DNA of 64,000 nucleotides, taken from the NCBI GenBank assembly GCA_963707985.1, contig CAVPRW010000006.1, forward strand, positions 58,436 through 122,435, in the 5' to 3' direction. Within the stretch, counting starts at the first letter, position 1. Each line of letters starts with the position of its first letter. This stretch comes from an uncultured Nitrospinota bacterium. Its GTDB lineage: Bacteria; Tectomicrobia; Entotheonellia; J063; CAVPRW01. The position numbers and the translations under genes are program-made. A model generated the notes under the pieces. That model was given only the letters and a program-made list of their open reading frames with translations. It searched no databases and was not told the origin of the DNA. Positions 11,905 through 22,285 of the stretch are shown piece after piece.

Positions 11905-12174
11905 TCACGGCGCGGTCGGACCTTCCTCGAGTTTTAGCCCGCGGCTCTCGATCCAGCGACACCCGAAGTTATGGTACGGCTTAATCATCGCCCACCGCTG
12001 ATCATCCCCGACGGCAGGGGTGCTGTCGAGCAGTGACGACGGCATGCGCTCGCCACAATAGCTACAAATCGATGTGCTCTCCCGCGGGGGCGTCCTCACG
12101 GGCCGGGACGGTTCGGCCTTGGGTGGGCCCTTGGGCTCCGCCGGGAAGTCGAAGCTGTCTTGCTTGGGTGGCAT
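11905..12174 (-). CDS. Hypothetical 89-aa protein with CxxC and HxxxC
   Basis: GGAGGG RBS; Pro-rich N-terminus, CSYCG, HNFGC. Confidence 0.5.
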   Translation of the reverse strand: MPPKQDSFDFPAEPKGPPKAEPSRPVRTPPRESTSICSYCGERMPSSLLDSTPAVGDDQRWAMIKPYHNFGCRWIESRGLKLEEGPTAP

Positions 12175-12263
12175 GGTCCCTCCGTTCTGTTCTCTGCGGG
12201 CAAGTGTCAGATGTATATAGTTGTGACAGACCACGGATAGAGCCCAGGGTTCGGTGGGTTCCA

Positions 12264-12751
12264 TTAGAGTATAGTGGCCTCTGGTTTCAGATCGCGGAGC
12301 AGCCGCTGAAACGCCTCCTGGTATGCATCGTAGTTTTTCCCGTTATTAAAATCGGGGATAGACAACTCGCGAATCTCGCGCGCAGAGTCTTTCCCAGTAT
12401 CGGCGTCAAAGCATTCCCAATCACGCACAGCCTCGAATGAGACCAAGCATACAGGGAAAAGGACCTGTCTTTGTTCCCGCATCTCACGTTGCCTAGCCTT
12501 CGCAATCTCGGTTTTCACCCGCTCACTATGCATGCTGTGAGGTGAAAGGATGAGTAGCAGACGTTCATGGACACGAATGGCTTGATCGATTGGTCATGGA
12601 GCTTTCGGCCACCTTGAACGTCATGCGGTGCAAACCAGCAGCGCACTCCCTTGTCTTGCAAATCGGCATGGAGGCGTTCTGCAAACTCCTGGTCTTTACT
12701 CGAATAGCTAATAAAACAGGAGAAAAACTCGAAGGGTCGCCCGACTAGACA
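12264..12751 (-). pseudogene. TIR domain (C-terminal part of a larger protein), 5'-truncated by IS, frameshift near 12590
   Basis: Manual translation gives FFSCFISYSSKDQEFAERLHADLQDKGVRCWFAPHD...LLLILSPHSMHSERVKTEI. Confidence 0.85.
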
Positions 12752-14090
12752 TTAGTTTCGCGATTTTCCACCCGCTGTAGGGGACTCCGCTCATGAGGGT
12801 GCCACGGCAACATCGATTCGGTAAAATGTGTCATCAGACATCAACACACGCTTTCCGGAGGATAGTGCCGTGGACACCTTTTTGGGCTCGTCATTTGGCT
12901 TCTTGGTTATGACCTTGTTTCAAGGTATCTTGACGACTCCGTCGTGGCAAACGTTCACCTACTTGGCTTGCGGCTGGGCTTTGGCCCGTGACCGGCACAC
13001 GATCACCACAGGTCTCTGGCTCACCGGCGCCACCACCGCCAAGCACTTTTCACGATTCTATGTCTTCCGCGGTTGTCCCCTCGATGACCGACGATGGCAA
13101 CTCTGGGCTGCGGTCATCCGCGACGTGTTTGAGAACCCGTGTCAGTTTCGGCATGTCCAGCACGATCTGACCAGGCTGATCGTCTTGCCCAACAAGAGCC
13201 TAGCGAATATGGCCCGTTGCATCCTCGACAGCGCCGACAACACCAATCTCTCCCGCGTGCTTGCGGAGGCTCCCTGGCGGGAGGAGGCGGTCAATCGTCG
13301 TTGGGTTCGGTTCATGCTCCAGCAGACGAAGCCCCATCGCTCGCGCCGCCGCGAGTCGCTGGTCGTCATCGATGACACCCTGTGCGAACTGGTGGGGAGC
13401 CTCTTTGACGATGTCGACCGCCACGATCACCGCAGCGATGGCACGTATCCGCTCGCCCATCATCCCGTCACCAGCTTCTCTGTCAGCGGCCCGGTGCGCT
13501 TCCCCCTGGGGCTGCGTCTCTACTGGCGCGATGAAGAGCTGATCCCATGGGAAGCGGCCGTGGCCACGCATGTTCCGGAGCTCAAGATCCCGACCGAGAG
13601 AAAAGCGCGGAATCGTCTGCATCAGCAGGTGAATCCGACCTTGCTCCAATACCCGGAGTGCCGGGCGCGGCATGAGCCGTTTCGGACCACAATCGCCCGG
13701 GCGATCGAGTTGATCGAAGAGGCGATCCGGAGCCAGGTGCCCTTTGGCGTGGTGGTCTTCGATGCGTGGTACCTGGCGGAGGACGTGGGGCACGTCTTGG
13801 CCCGACGGCTGAAAGACCGGATCAGCCTGCTCAACACCAACCGCCTGTTGGAAACGGCCCGCTTCCACCTGCGGGATGCCCATGGCTGGACGCTGAAGTT
13901 GCCAAGCCCCCACATCGCGGCCGAGGAGCTCGTGCCGTTGATCCCGGTCACAGTCAGCGAGGACATCTACTGGTGCTTTACACTGACGGTCCGCATCCCC
14001 GGCTCGGGCTAGGTGCGCCTCGTGGTCAGCTTTGAACACGAATCGTTGACGGGACGCTCGGTCGTGCTGGTGAGGTCCAACCGGATGTTC
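12752..14090 (+). mobile_element. IS701-like transposase pseudogene (mosaic)
   Basis: VVIDDTL and VVVFDAWY DDE-type motifs; in-frame stop at 14010; N-terminal ~95 aa resemble a different transposase. Confidence 0.75.
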
Positions 14091-14614
14091 TCCGGTTGTG
14101 GTCAGATCATCTGGGCTCATCGTCCCTTGGGGTGAGGTGGGCCTTGCGCTCCGCTGGCACCTGCCAGCCACTCCGCAATCCGTGCAGTCACGTGCGGTGT
14201 TGACTTTACAGAAGAGCCCGCCCATACTCGCGTCTAGGCATTATTGCGGGGCTTAGGGCAGTGTTCCGGACTGATGCTCATCCAGAGAAGGGAGGTGCCC
14301 ATGCGGCATGCTAGCCTCGCCCGGTCGCTCATGCCTATCCCCGTCAACGATCGCGCGGTCCGCTCCAAATTCCTCATTAGGCGTCAACTCCTCACCCGCC
14401 TCGCTCCCCTCCCCCTGGGAAAGAACGTCGCGGGGTGGAATTTTTACATAATCTGACGCCTTACGCAATTTTGGTGAGGTGGATTTTTTCTCGGCCGCCC
14501 TCGTGCTGAGGGGGTCACAGACACGCGCACTCGTGCATGAGCGCACACTGATCCCGCCATGCGGCAGCGCCTGGGCGCCTGGCTCCAGGAGCCGTGACGG
14601 GGGGAGGTATAGAT

Positions 14615-15154
14615 ATGAGCGAGCCCGCATGGGAATCTGCCCGACAGCACCTCATCCGGCTCCTGCGGGAGCATGCGGTACAGTACGGGCCGGCCACCTT
14701 GGCCAGTGGAACGGTGATGGATGTCTTTGTCGATACGTCCCGGGTCACGCTCCTGGGCCATGGGCTCTCTCTGATCGAGTCGTTACTGGTGCCCCTGCTC
14801 GCACATGATCACGTCGATGCCGTCGGTGGCCCGGCGATGGGTGCGATCCCGCTCGTGACGCTCATGGCGCGCCACCAGTGGGCTGGGTTTTATGTCCGGC
14901 TTCGCGAGCCGACACCTAGGCGGCGCCCGGCGATTGGCGGCATCCCTCCGCAACCAGGCATGTCGGTCGCCCTTCTCGATGATTTGGCCGCGACCGGAAC
15001 CTCATTGCTGACCTGCTGTGAGGTCGTTCAGGGGCTCGGCGCGACGGTCGTGAGTCTCTATGCCTTGGTCGACCGTGAGCAGGGCACGCAAGAGCGGTTT
15101 GCCGCCCACGGTCTCCGCTATCGACCGCTGATCACGCTCTCGGAACTCGTATAG
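14615..15154 (+). CDS. Orotate phosphoribosyltransferase-like type I PRTase
   Basis: TLASG, VGGPAMGAIPL, PRPP loop LLDDLAATGTS, LVDREQG; GGAGG RBS. Confidence 0.8.
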   Translation: MSEPAWESARQHLIRLLREHAVQYGPATLASGTVMDVFVDTSRVTLLGHGLSLIESLLVPLLAHDHVDAVGGPAMGAIPLVTLMARHQWAGFYVRLREPTPRRRPAIGGIPPQPGMSVALLDDLAATGTSLLTCCEVVQGLGATVVSLYALVDREQGTQERFAAHGLRYRPLITLSELV

Positions 15155-15710
15155 CACGCGACGGAGGGGTGATGATTTCTGTGCCAGGCTCGCATCACCA
15201 AAAACGACGCAGAGCCAGGATGTTGTGACGAGCTTTGGATACGTGGGCCGGCGCAGTGGAGCCATTGGAAAAGCTTCGGCTTGTACCTGCCTTGGTTCGC
15301 TCTCAGGTGATGACTCCCTTGGCTGGAAAGCCCCAGATGGACGATCAAGTACGGCCCCGAAATCGCACCCAGCTGACACGTTTCCACCCCGTGATGCTGT
15401 TGACGAGCGATGAGTTGATCGCGCCTCTTGCATGCACTGATCAAATGCTGGTATAAGGAAGTGGCACGCTCTGACCTTTCGTATTATGATTCCATGATCC
15501 TTAGCATTGAGGGAAGCGTGGCCATATCGGCGGCGATTCTGGCCACGTGCGGATCATGAGCGCGCTGCACAGCTTTGACCCAGGCGCGCGCGAAGCCTGT
15601 CGACTCCCACGGCTCGGGGACAACCTGGCTTCCTAGTGTTGCCCTAACCCTGGTCACGACAAACCCCAGTGCTCGTAGCGATCTCCATGCTGTCAAGAAT
15701 GGGGGTGCTT

Positions 15711-16466
15711 ATGTATGAGACGAACATGTATGAAGGCATGCTGGCGGAAAGTGTCAGCATGCGTGGCGCTAATGGGGATCATGTGAATGCGTACTTTGCT
15801 CGCCCACTGGGCACCGGGAGTTACCCAGGTCTGGTGCTGATTCATTACCTGTTAGGCTGGGATGAATGGTACCGGTGGGCGGCTCGGGAGTTTGCCTACC
15901 ACGGCTTCTTGGCGCTTGTTCCCAACCTCTACGCCCGTGAGGGGAATGGCCCCCCAGAAGACATCGCAGCTGACGTGCAGGCTGTCGGGGGTATTGCGGA
16001 CGACCAGGTGATGGGCGATATCGAAGGGGCGCTGCAATATCTGCGCACATTGCCCTATTGCAGTGGCAAGGTCGGATGTTTCGGAACCGGCTCGGGCGGA
16101 CGCTATGCAGTGCTTGCCGCCGGTCGCATCGATCGCTTCAATGCAGCCATCGACTGCTGGGGCGAGGGGGTCGTAATGTCGACAGAGGAGCTCACTCCCA
16201 AGCAACCGGTGGCCCCCGTCGATTACACCAAAGACCTGAAGTGCCCACTCCTAGGCATCTTTGGGGAAGAGGGTCAGGCCCCGAGCTTGGCCCAAGTGGA
16301 CCAGCATGAAGCCGAGCTGAAGAAGCAGCGCAAGACGTACGAGTTCTATCGATATCCCAACGTCGACCATGATTTTATCGACTTTGAACGGCCCTCCTAT
16401 CGACGGGTGCAAGCTGTCGATGCCTGGCAGAAGATGTTTGAGTTTCTCGATAAATACCTCAGGTAG
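15711..16466 (+). CDS. Dienelactone hydrolase-family protein (catalytic motifs altered)
   Basis: AYFARP, GWDEW, ALVPNLY, PLLGIFG, YEFYRY; nucleophile elbow reads GTGSGG. Confidence 0.85.
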   Translation: MYETNMYEGMLAESVSMRGANGDHVNAYFARPLGTGSYPGLVLIHYLLGWDEWYRWAAREFAYHGFLALVPNLYAREGNGPPEDIAADVQAVGGIADDQVMGDIEGALQYLRTLPYCSGKVGCFGTGSGGRYAVLAAGRIDRFNAAIDCWGEGVVMSTEELTPKQPVAPVDYTKDLKCPLLGIFGEEGQAPSLAQVDQHEAELKKQRKTYEFYRYPNVDHDFIDFERPSYRRVQAVDAWQKMFEFLDKYLR

Positions 16467-16507
16467 GCCATATCACTCGTCAACCTCATTTAGAAAGGAG
16501 CGCGACC

Positions 16508-16828
16508 ATGTGCACCAATATCATGCATCAGGCGGAGATCGAAGGCTGTGGAAAGGGCGTGAAAGGCTGGTTTAACCTGAGTGGACTCAGAGTGTCGTAT
16601 GACTGTCCTTACCATATCGAGCTGGATCATTCGGTGAACATTGATTTCGTCAACGAGGCGAAGGGCCCCGGCGCGCGGGTAGCGGTCGAGCTCACACCGG
16701 AATCGGCGCGGGCACTGGCACAGGCGATCCTCGCGGCGTTAGACGAGGCAGAAGAGGATGGATGGCTAGCCGAGGCGGGCGAAAACGTGTATGGGCATGG
16801 TACCCTCGAACAGGCTCACGCCCGTTGA
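16508..16828 (+). CDS. DUF6295-like small protein
   Basis: MCT...GKG..GWF...VSYD.P.H...NIDF...GPGARVAVEL pattern; strong AAGGAG RBS. Confidence 0.72.
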   Translation: MCTNIMHQAEIEGCGKGVKGWFNLSGLRVSYDCPYHIELDHSVNIDFVNEAKGPGARVAVELTPESARALAQAILAALDEAEEDGWLAEAGENVYGHGTLEQAHAR

Positions 16829-16845
16829 GGCAATTCTCGCAGCCG

Positions 16846-16966
16846 CGAAGGAGGTCCATGGGGCGTCGGTGGTTGTCCAACGCCCTAGACCTCCTTCGGG
16901 TGCTTAGGGGTGAGGAGGTGACACGCATGCTCTGGTCGGGATGGTCGACCAGAGCATGCGTGTCAC
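16846..16966. repeat. Two tandem inverted repeats (11-bp perfect outer stem 16846-16898; 21-bp perfect stem 16918-16966)
   Basis: CGAAGGAGGTC/GACCTCCTTCG and GTGACACGCATGCTCTGGTCG/CGACCAGAGCATGCGTGTCAC. Confidence 0.9.
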
Positions 16967-17080
16967 GATCAACTTGGTGAGGCTCCCCGCACAGACATGA
17001 AGCGTTGACAACCATGGTGGAGTGTTCTACCGTAGCGCAGGGTTCAGCATATGCCTGCGCTCTCAGGTGGAGGACATTCC

Positions 17081-18478
17081 ATGCCAGTCAACGATTTCGT
17101 AGCGGAGCGACCGCTTAGCCAGCTTGAGCTTATGGGTCACCTGTTCAGGCGCGCTGGCTTTGGCGCCAGCCGCGACGAACTTGAAGTTGCGCTCGCGAAG
17201 GGATACGAGGCCACGCTCGAAGAGCTGCTCCATCCCGAGCATGCACCAGACCTCGAGGAAGATATTCTTTTTCGCTCCTTCCCAGATTTTCATGAGACCC
17301 GCAAAGTAGACGTCGCGGCGGCGGCGTGGGTATGGCGTATGATCCACACACAGCGCCCGCTGGAGGAGAAGATGGTGCTCTTCTGGCATTGCCTGTTCGC
17401 GACCGGGAACTCCAAGGTCGAGAGCCCTCTCCAGATGGCGAGCCAGATCACGACCTTCCGCCGTGTAGCGCTCAGCGACTTTCGAACGATCCTGCTCGAG
17501 TTGTCGAAAGATCCCGCCATGCTCTTCTGGCTGGACAACCAACTCAATACGAAAGACGTCCACAACGAAAATTACGGGCGTGAGCTGCTCGAACTGTTCT
17601 CCATGGGCATCGGCACCTATACCGAGGAAGATGTCAAGAATTGCGCACGCGCCTTTACCGGCTGGACGTTCAAAGAAACGATTCCGGGTGTCAAGCCCTA
17701 CGGCCGCTACCGCTGGGCCTTCGATTTTCGCCCGGACCTCCACGATGACCAGGAGAAGGAGTTCCTTGGCGAATGTGGGCCCTTCGACGGTACGGATATC
17801 ATCGACGTCATCGTGCGCCAGCCTGCGACGGGCCGATTCCTCGCGAAGCGCCTGTATCTCTTTTTTGTTGCCGACCACCCCGATCCCGACGCCATCGACT
17901 ACCTCGCCTCGGTGTATCATACCTCGCAGTACGACATCCGGGCCATGCTGCGGGCCTTGTTCATGTCGCCATTCTTCCGCTCGGAACGAGCCTACTACGC
18001 CAAGGTCAAAAGCCCAGCCGAGCATGTCGTCGGCATCATGCGACTCGTCGGCGATTATGCGTCGCCCAAGCCGGGATTTGGCGACATCTCTCTGGAATGC
18101 CGTTACATGGGCCAGGACCTCCTGAACCCGCCCAGTGTCGAGGGTTGGCACATGGGCAAGGAATGGATCGATACCGGCTGCCTGGTCGAACGCGTGAATT
18201 TCGGCGCCAAACAGCTCGGGGATATCACTCAGCCGGGCGTGCAGCGCATCATCGAGCGCCTGCAGAGTCAGGGCGAGTTATCCCCAGAACACTTCGTCGA
18301 CGGCTGCCTCGACCTGCTCGGCCCCCTGACTGTGAAGGCGAAGACGCGTGCGGCGCTGGTCAAATTCGTCAGTCAGGGTGGTCCCCTGCACTTCGACGAG
18401 GGGGATCATGCGGCAGAGCAGCGTGTGGGTGAGTTGCTGTCGCTGATCGCGTCGACCCGCGAATTCCAGATGGCATAG
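17081..18478 (+). CDS. DUF1800 family protein
   Basis: HLFRRAGFG, EKMVLFWH, PAMLFWLDN, NENYGRELLELFSMG, ARAFTGW, PPSVEGW. Confidence 0.93.
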   Translation: MPVNDFVAERPLSQLELMGHLFRRAGFGASRDELEVALAKGYEATLEELLHPEHAPDLEEDILFRSFPDFHETRKVDVAAAAWVWRMIHTQRPLEEKMVLFWHCLFATGNSKVESPLQMASQITTFRRVALSDFRTILLELSKDPAMLFWLDNQLNTKDVHNENYGRELLELFSMGIGTYTEEDVKNCARAFTGWTFKETIPGVKPYGRYRWAFDFRPDLHDDQEKEFLGECGPFDGTDIIDVIVRQPATGRFLAKRLYLFFVADHPDPDAIDYLASVYHTSQYDIRAMLRALFMSPFFRSERAYYAKVKSPAEHVVGIMRLVGDYASPKPGFGDISLECRYMGQDLLNPPSVEGWHMGKEWIDTGCLVERVNFGAKQLGDITQPGVQRIIERLQSQGELSPEHFVDGCLDLLGPLTVKAKTRAALVKFVSQGGPLHFDEGDHAAEQRVGELLSLIASTREFQMA

Positions 18479-18524
18479 CCGGGATATCGCTCCCCTCCGT
18501 TCCTCACAGCAAGGAGATTTGACG

Positions 18525-19694
18525 ATGACGATGGCCCCTAAACCACCCACGCTGGTGGTGCTGCAGCTCACCGGTGGCAACGATGCTCTGAATACGGTTG
18601 TCCCCTATGGCAACTCGCACTACTATGACCAGCGTCCGACGGTGCGGATCCCCGAGGATCAGGTCCTTCCCATCGACGATGACTACGGCTTCCACCCCAG
18701 CATGGCTGCGCTCAAACCATTCTGGGACCAGGGGCATATGGCCATCGTCAGCGGCATCGGCTATCCCAAGCCGGACTATTCGCATTTTCGTTCGATGGAC
18801 ATCTGGTACACTGCCCAACCCGAGACCATGGCAACCGATGGCTGGCTCGGCAAGTTGGTGCGCGACCTGGACCCGCGAGCCGACAACGTGTTGACTGCCG
18901 TGAGCTTCGGTCGCGGATTGCCGCGAGCGCTGTCGCTGGCCGGTGTGCCGGTGGCTTCGGTGGCGGAATTGGACTCTTACGGACTGCTGACAAACCTGTC
19001 GAGCGTCCAACGCCAGGCTGCGCTCGAGGTGTTCTCGTGGATGTACGACGATGGATGGAACGACCAGGGCCTGCCACCCGTGCCAGCGCGGCAGCCCCCT
19101 GATCCCGTGGGCGAGGTGCTGCGCTACATGGGGCAAACCGGCCTCGACGCCCAGAAAGGCGCCGCCATCCTGCGCACCGCGGTGGAAAAGTATCACTCTT
19201 CAGTGAACTATCCCAAGACGTCGATCGGTCGGAGCCTTCGCGGTGTGGCCCAGGTGAAATTTGCGGATCTCGGGACGCGTGTCTTCTACACAGCACATAA
19301 CGGCTTCGACACTCACGGGACCCAGCTGGGAGTCCATGCACAGCTCTGGCGCGAGGTCTCCGAGGCCGTCGCTGTGTTCTTCGAAGACCTCCGAGCTCAC
19401 AACGCGGCCGATGACGTGATCATGCTGCTGTGGTCCGAGTTCGGCCGTCGCGTGCGCGACAACGGCTCAGGCACGGACCACGGGGCCGGCGGTCTCGCCT
19501 TCGTGCTCGGTGATGCGGTCAAGGGAGGCATGTACGGAGAATATCCCTCTCTGCGCGACGGCAACCTGACGCTGGGCAATCTCACCTACACGAACGACTT
19601 CCGCTCGACCTACAGCACGATCCTGGAACACTGGTTCCACGTCGAGGCCAAACCCATCGTCAACGGCACCTTCGAGCCGTTTGCATTCGTGTAG
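18525..19694 (+). CDS. DUF1501 family protein
   Basis: VLQLTGGNDALN, SHFRSMDIW, GFDTH, SEFGRR, GTDHG, DFRSTY. Confidence 0.93.
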   Translation: MTMAPKPPTLVVLQLTGGNDALNTVVPYGNSHYYDQRPTVRIPEDQVLPIDDDYGFHPSMAALKPFWDQGHMAIVSGIGYPKPDYSHFRSMDIWYTAQPETMATDGWLGKLVRDLDPRADNVLTAVSFGRGLPRALSLAGVPVASVAELDSYGLLTNLSSVQRQAALEVFSWMYDDGWNDQGLPPVPARQPPDPVGEVLRYMGQTGLDAQKGAAILRTAVEKYHSSVNYPKTSIGRSLRGVAQVKFADLGTRVFYTAHNGFDTHGTQLGVHAQLWREVSEAVAVFFEDLRAHNAADDVIMLLWSEFGRRVRDNGSGTDHGAGGLAFVLGDAVKGGMYGEYPSLRDGNLTLGNLTYTNDFRSTYSTILEHWFHVEAKPIVNGTFEPFAFV

Positions 19695-19717
19695 TCGAGG
19701 CGCCAGCGGGAGGCAGG

Positions 19718-20700
19718 ATGAGCGTCGCCGTTGCGAATCCCTATCGCTATCGCCAGACGATCGGCATGTTCGTCGAGTTCGGACGCGGCATGAGCAATCC
19801 GTACGATGTGGCGCCGACTGGAGATGGGCGGCTGTTCGTGCTCAGCCGCTCGAACATCTTCGACGCGCCGGTCGGGGGCTTGCGCATCGGCATCGTCACC
19901 CTGGACGAGGACTACCTTGGTGAGTGGGGCGCATACGGGACCGGACCCGGACAACTCGTCTGGCCCAACTCGATGGTGCTCGATCCGCATGGACGACTGC
20001 TGATTAGCGACGAGTGGCGCCACGATGTGCAATGCTTCGACCAGGATGGCACCTTGATCCACAAGTTGGGGTGGTCCCGGCACCGAGGATGGCCGCTTCA
20101 ACCGTGCCGCCGGCATTGCCTTCGACTCCGAAGGGAACGTCATCGTGGTCGATGCCGGCAACCATCGCGTGCAAAAGTTCGACCTGGACGGTCGCTTCGT
20201 AAAGAAGTGGGGCTCTTTTGGGAGCGGCGCCGGTCAACTCAACATGCCCTGGGGTGTCGCAGTGGATGCAGCGGACCATGTCTACGTATCGGACTGGCGT
20301 AACGATCGCCTCCAGGTGTTCGACGCTGACGGCCGCCATGTGGCGACGATCGGCTCGTCAGGGACAGGCGACGGCCAGTTCCGCAGGCCGGCGGGCATCA
20401 GCATCGATCGCACCGGACACATCATCGTGGCGGACTGGGGGAACGAGCGGGTGCAAATCTTGCGACCTGACGGCTGCACCTGGCGACGCTGCATGGCGAC
20501 GCCACCCTCTCCAAGTGGGCACGGGACTTCATCGAGGCCAGTCCGGATGTGGCCGCCAAGCGCCAGAGTGCGACGGACCTTGAGGCCGAAAAGCGCTTCT
20601 GGGGCGCCGTCTCGGTGCGGGTCGATGACGCCGGTCGGCTCTACGTGGTCGAACACTCTCGACACCGTATCCAGTAATCCAGATTGACGAGCGCGGCTGA
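19718..20700 (+). CDS. NHL-repeat beta-propeller protein (frameshifts near 20070, 20475 and 20675)
   Basis: Repeats GQLVWPNSM, DAGNHRVQKFD, GQLNMPWGVAVD, DWRNDRLQVFD, GQFRRPAGI, DWGNERVQIL. Confidence 0.85.
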
Positions 20701-20735
20701 AGCCGCATCGCAACTCATGAGAAGGAATAGAACGC

Positions 20736-22280
20736 ATGAATGGAGCAGAAAGCCTGGTACGCACATTGGTTGGTGGCGGGGTGAACGTCTGTTTCACCAA
20801 CCCTGGCACGTCTGAAATGCATTTCGTGGCGGCTCTCGACAAGGTCGAGGGCATGCGCTGCGTCCTGGCGCTCTTCGAAGGCGTGGTGACGGGCGCGGCC
20901 GACGGCTATTGGCGCATGCGCGAGAGCCCAGCAGCGACGCTCCTGCACTTAGGACCAGGGCTCGGAAACGGGCTGGCCAATTTACATAACGCCAAGAAGG
21001 CGAACTCCGGGATCGTCAACATCGTGGGTGAGCACGCCTCCTATCATATCAAGTACGACGCGCCCCTGACCGCGGATATCGAGGGGATCGCACGGCCCGT
21101 ATCACACTGGGTCAAGACCTCCGCAGAGGCGAAAATGGTGGCAGCCGATGGGGCCGAGGCCATTGCCGTGGCCTCGACGCCGCCCGGGCGCATCGCCACC
21201 CTGATCCTCCCCGGTGATACGGCCTGGAATGAGGCGAGTGGCCCGGCACAAGTGCCCCTCATTCCCAAACGGCCAAAAGTTGCAGATGAGACGGTTCGAC
21301 AGGCTGCCCAGGCTCTGGCGCAGGGCCCCGGCACGATGCTCCTACTGGCCGGCGAGGGGGTGCGAGAACGGGGGCTGGCGCTGGCTGGCGCCATTGCCCA
21401 AAAGACCGGGGCGCGGCTCCTGGGGCAGGGTTCCAACGCCCGCGTGCACCGTGGTGCCGGGCGCGTACCCGTGAACCGGTTGCCGTATCCAGTACCCCAG
21501 GCAGTCCAGGTGCTCAAGGATGTGCAACGTTTGATCCTGATCGGTGCCAAAGCACCGGTGGGCTTTTTTGGTTATCCCGATCAGCCGAGCGTGCTCACCC
21601 CGGAAGGATGCGCCATCTCGACGCTCACCACTCCGGAGGAAGACGCCATCGATGCCCTGGAGCGACTCGCGGATGCCGTGGGCGCCGCGCTCAAGGATGC
21701 ACCACTACAGCAACCCTTCAAGCCAGACATGCCGTCGGGTGCACTTGATCCGGAGAAAATCGGCGCCATTCTCGGGAACCTCATCCCAGAGCAAGCCATC
21801 GTGGTCGATGAATCGGTGACCACGGGACGCGGCTTCTACCCTCTCACCGCTGGCGCACCGCCCCATGATTGGTTACAGAATATGGGCGGATCGATCGGCT
21901 ACGGCATGCCGGTGGCGGTTGGCGCGGCGGTCGCCTGTCCGGACCGCAAGGTCCTTGCCCTCATTGGAGATGGTAGCGGGATGTACACGGTGCAGGCGCT
22001 CTGGACCATGGCCCGTGAAGGGCTAGACGTCACGGCGGTGATCTGGGCCAACCGCACCTATCAGATCCTCAAGGGTGAGTTCAATAACGTCGGAGCCGGC
22101 AAGCCGGGCCAGAAGGCCAACGACATGCTCGAAATCGGTCGTCCGGACCTCGATTGGGTCGCCTTGGCCACAGGCATGGGCGTTCCCGCCAGCCGAGCGG
22201 CTAACTGCGAGTCCCTAACCAGGCAATTGGAACGCGGCATGGCAGAGGCTGGGCCGCATCTGATTGAGGTGGTCTTGTGA
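20736..22280 (+). CDS. Acetolactate synthase large subunit-like ThDP-dependent enzyme
   Basis: NPGTSEMH, FEGVVTGAADG; ThDP motif GDGSGMYT...N. Confidence 0.92.
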   Translation: MNGAESLVRTLVGGGVNVCFTNPGTSEMHFVAALDKVEGMRCVLALFEGVVTGAADGYWRMRESPAATLLHLGPGLGNGLANLHNAKKANSGIVNIVGEHASYHIKYDAPLTADIEGIARPVSHWVKTSAEAKMVAADGAEAIAVASTPPGRIATLILPGDTAWNEASGPAQVPLIPKRPKVADETVRQAAQALAQGPGTMLLLAGEGVRERGLALAGAIAQKTGARLLGQGSNARVHRGAGRVPVNRLPYPVPQAVQVLKDVQRLILIGAKAPVGFFGYPDQPSVLTPEGCAISTLTTPEEDAIDALERLADAVGAALKDAPLQQPFKPDMPSGALDPEKIGAILGNLIPEQAIVVDESVTTGRGFYPLTAGAPPHDWLQNMGGSIGYGMPVAVGAAVACPDRKVLALIGDGSGMYTVQALWTMAREGLDVTAVIWANRTYQILKGEFNNVGAGKPGQKANDMLEIGRPDLDWVALATGMGVPASRAANCESLTRQLERGMAEAGPHLIEVVL

Positions 22281-22285
22281 GAGGC

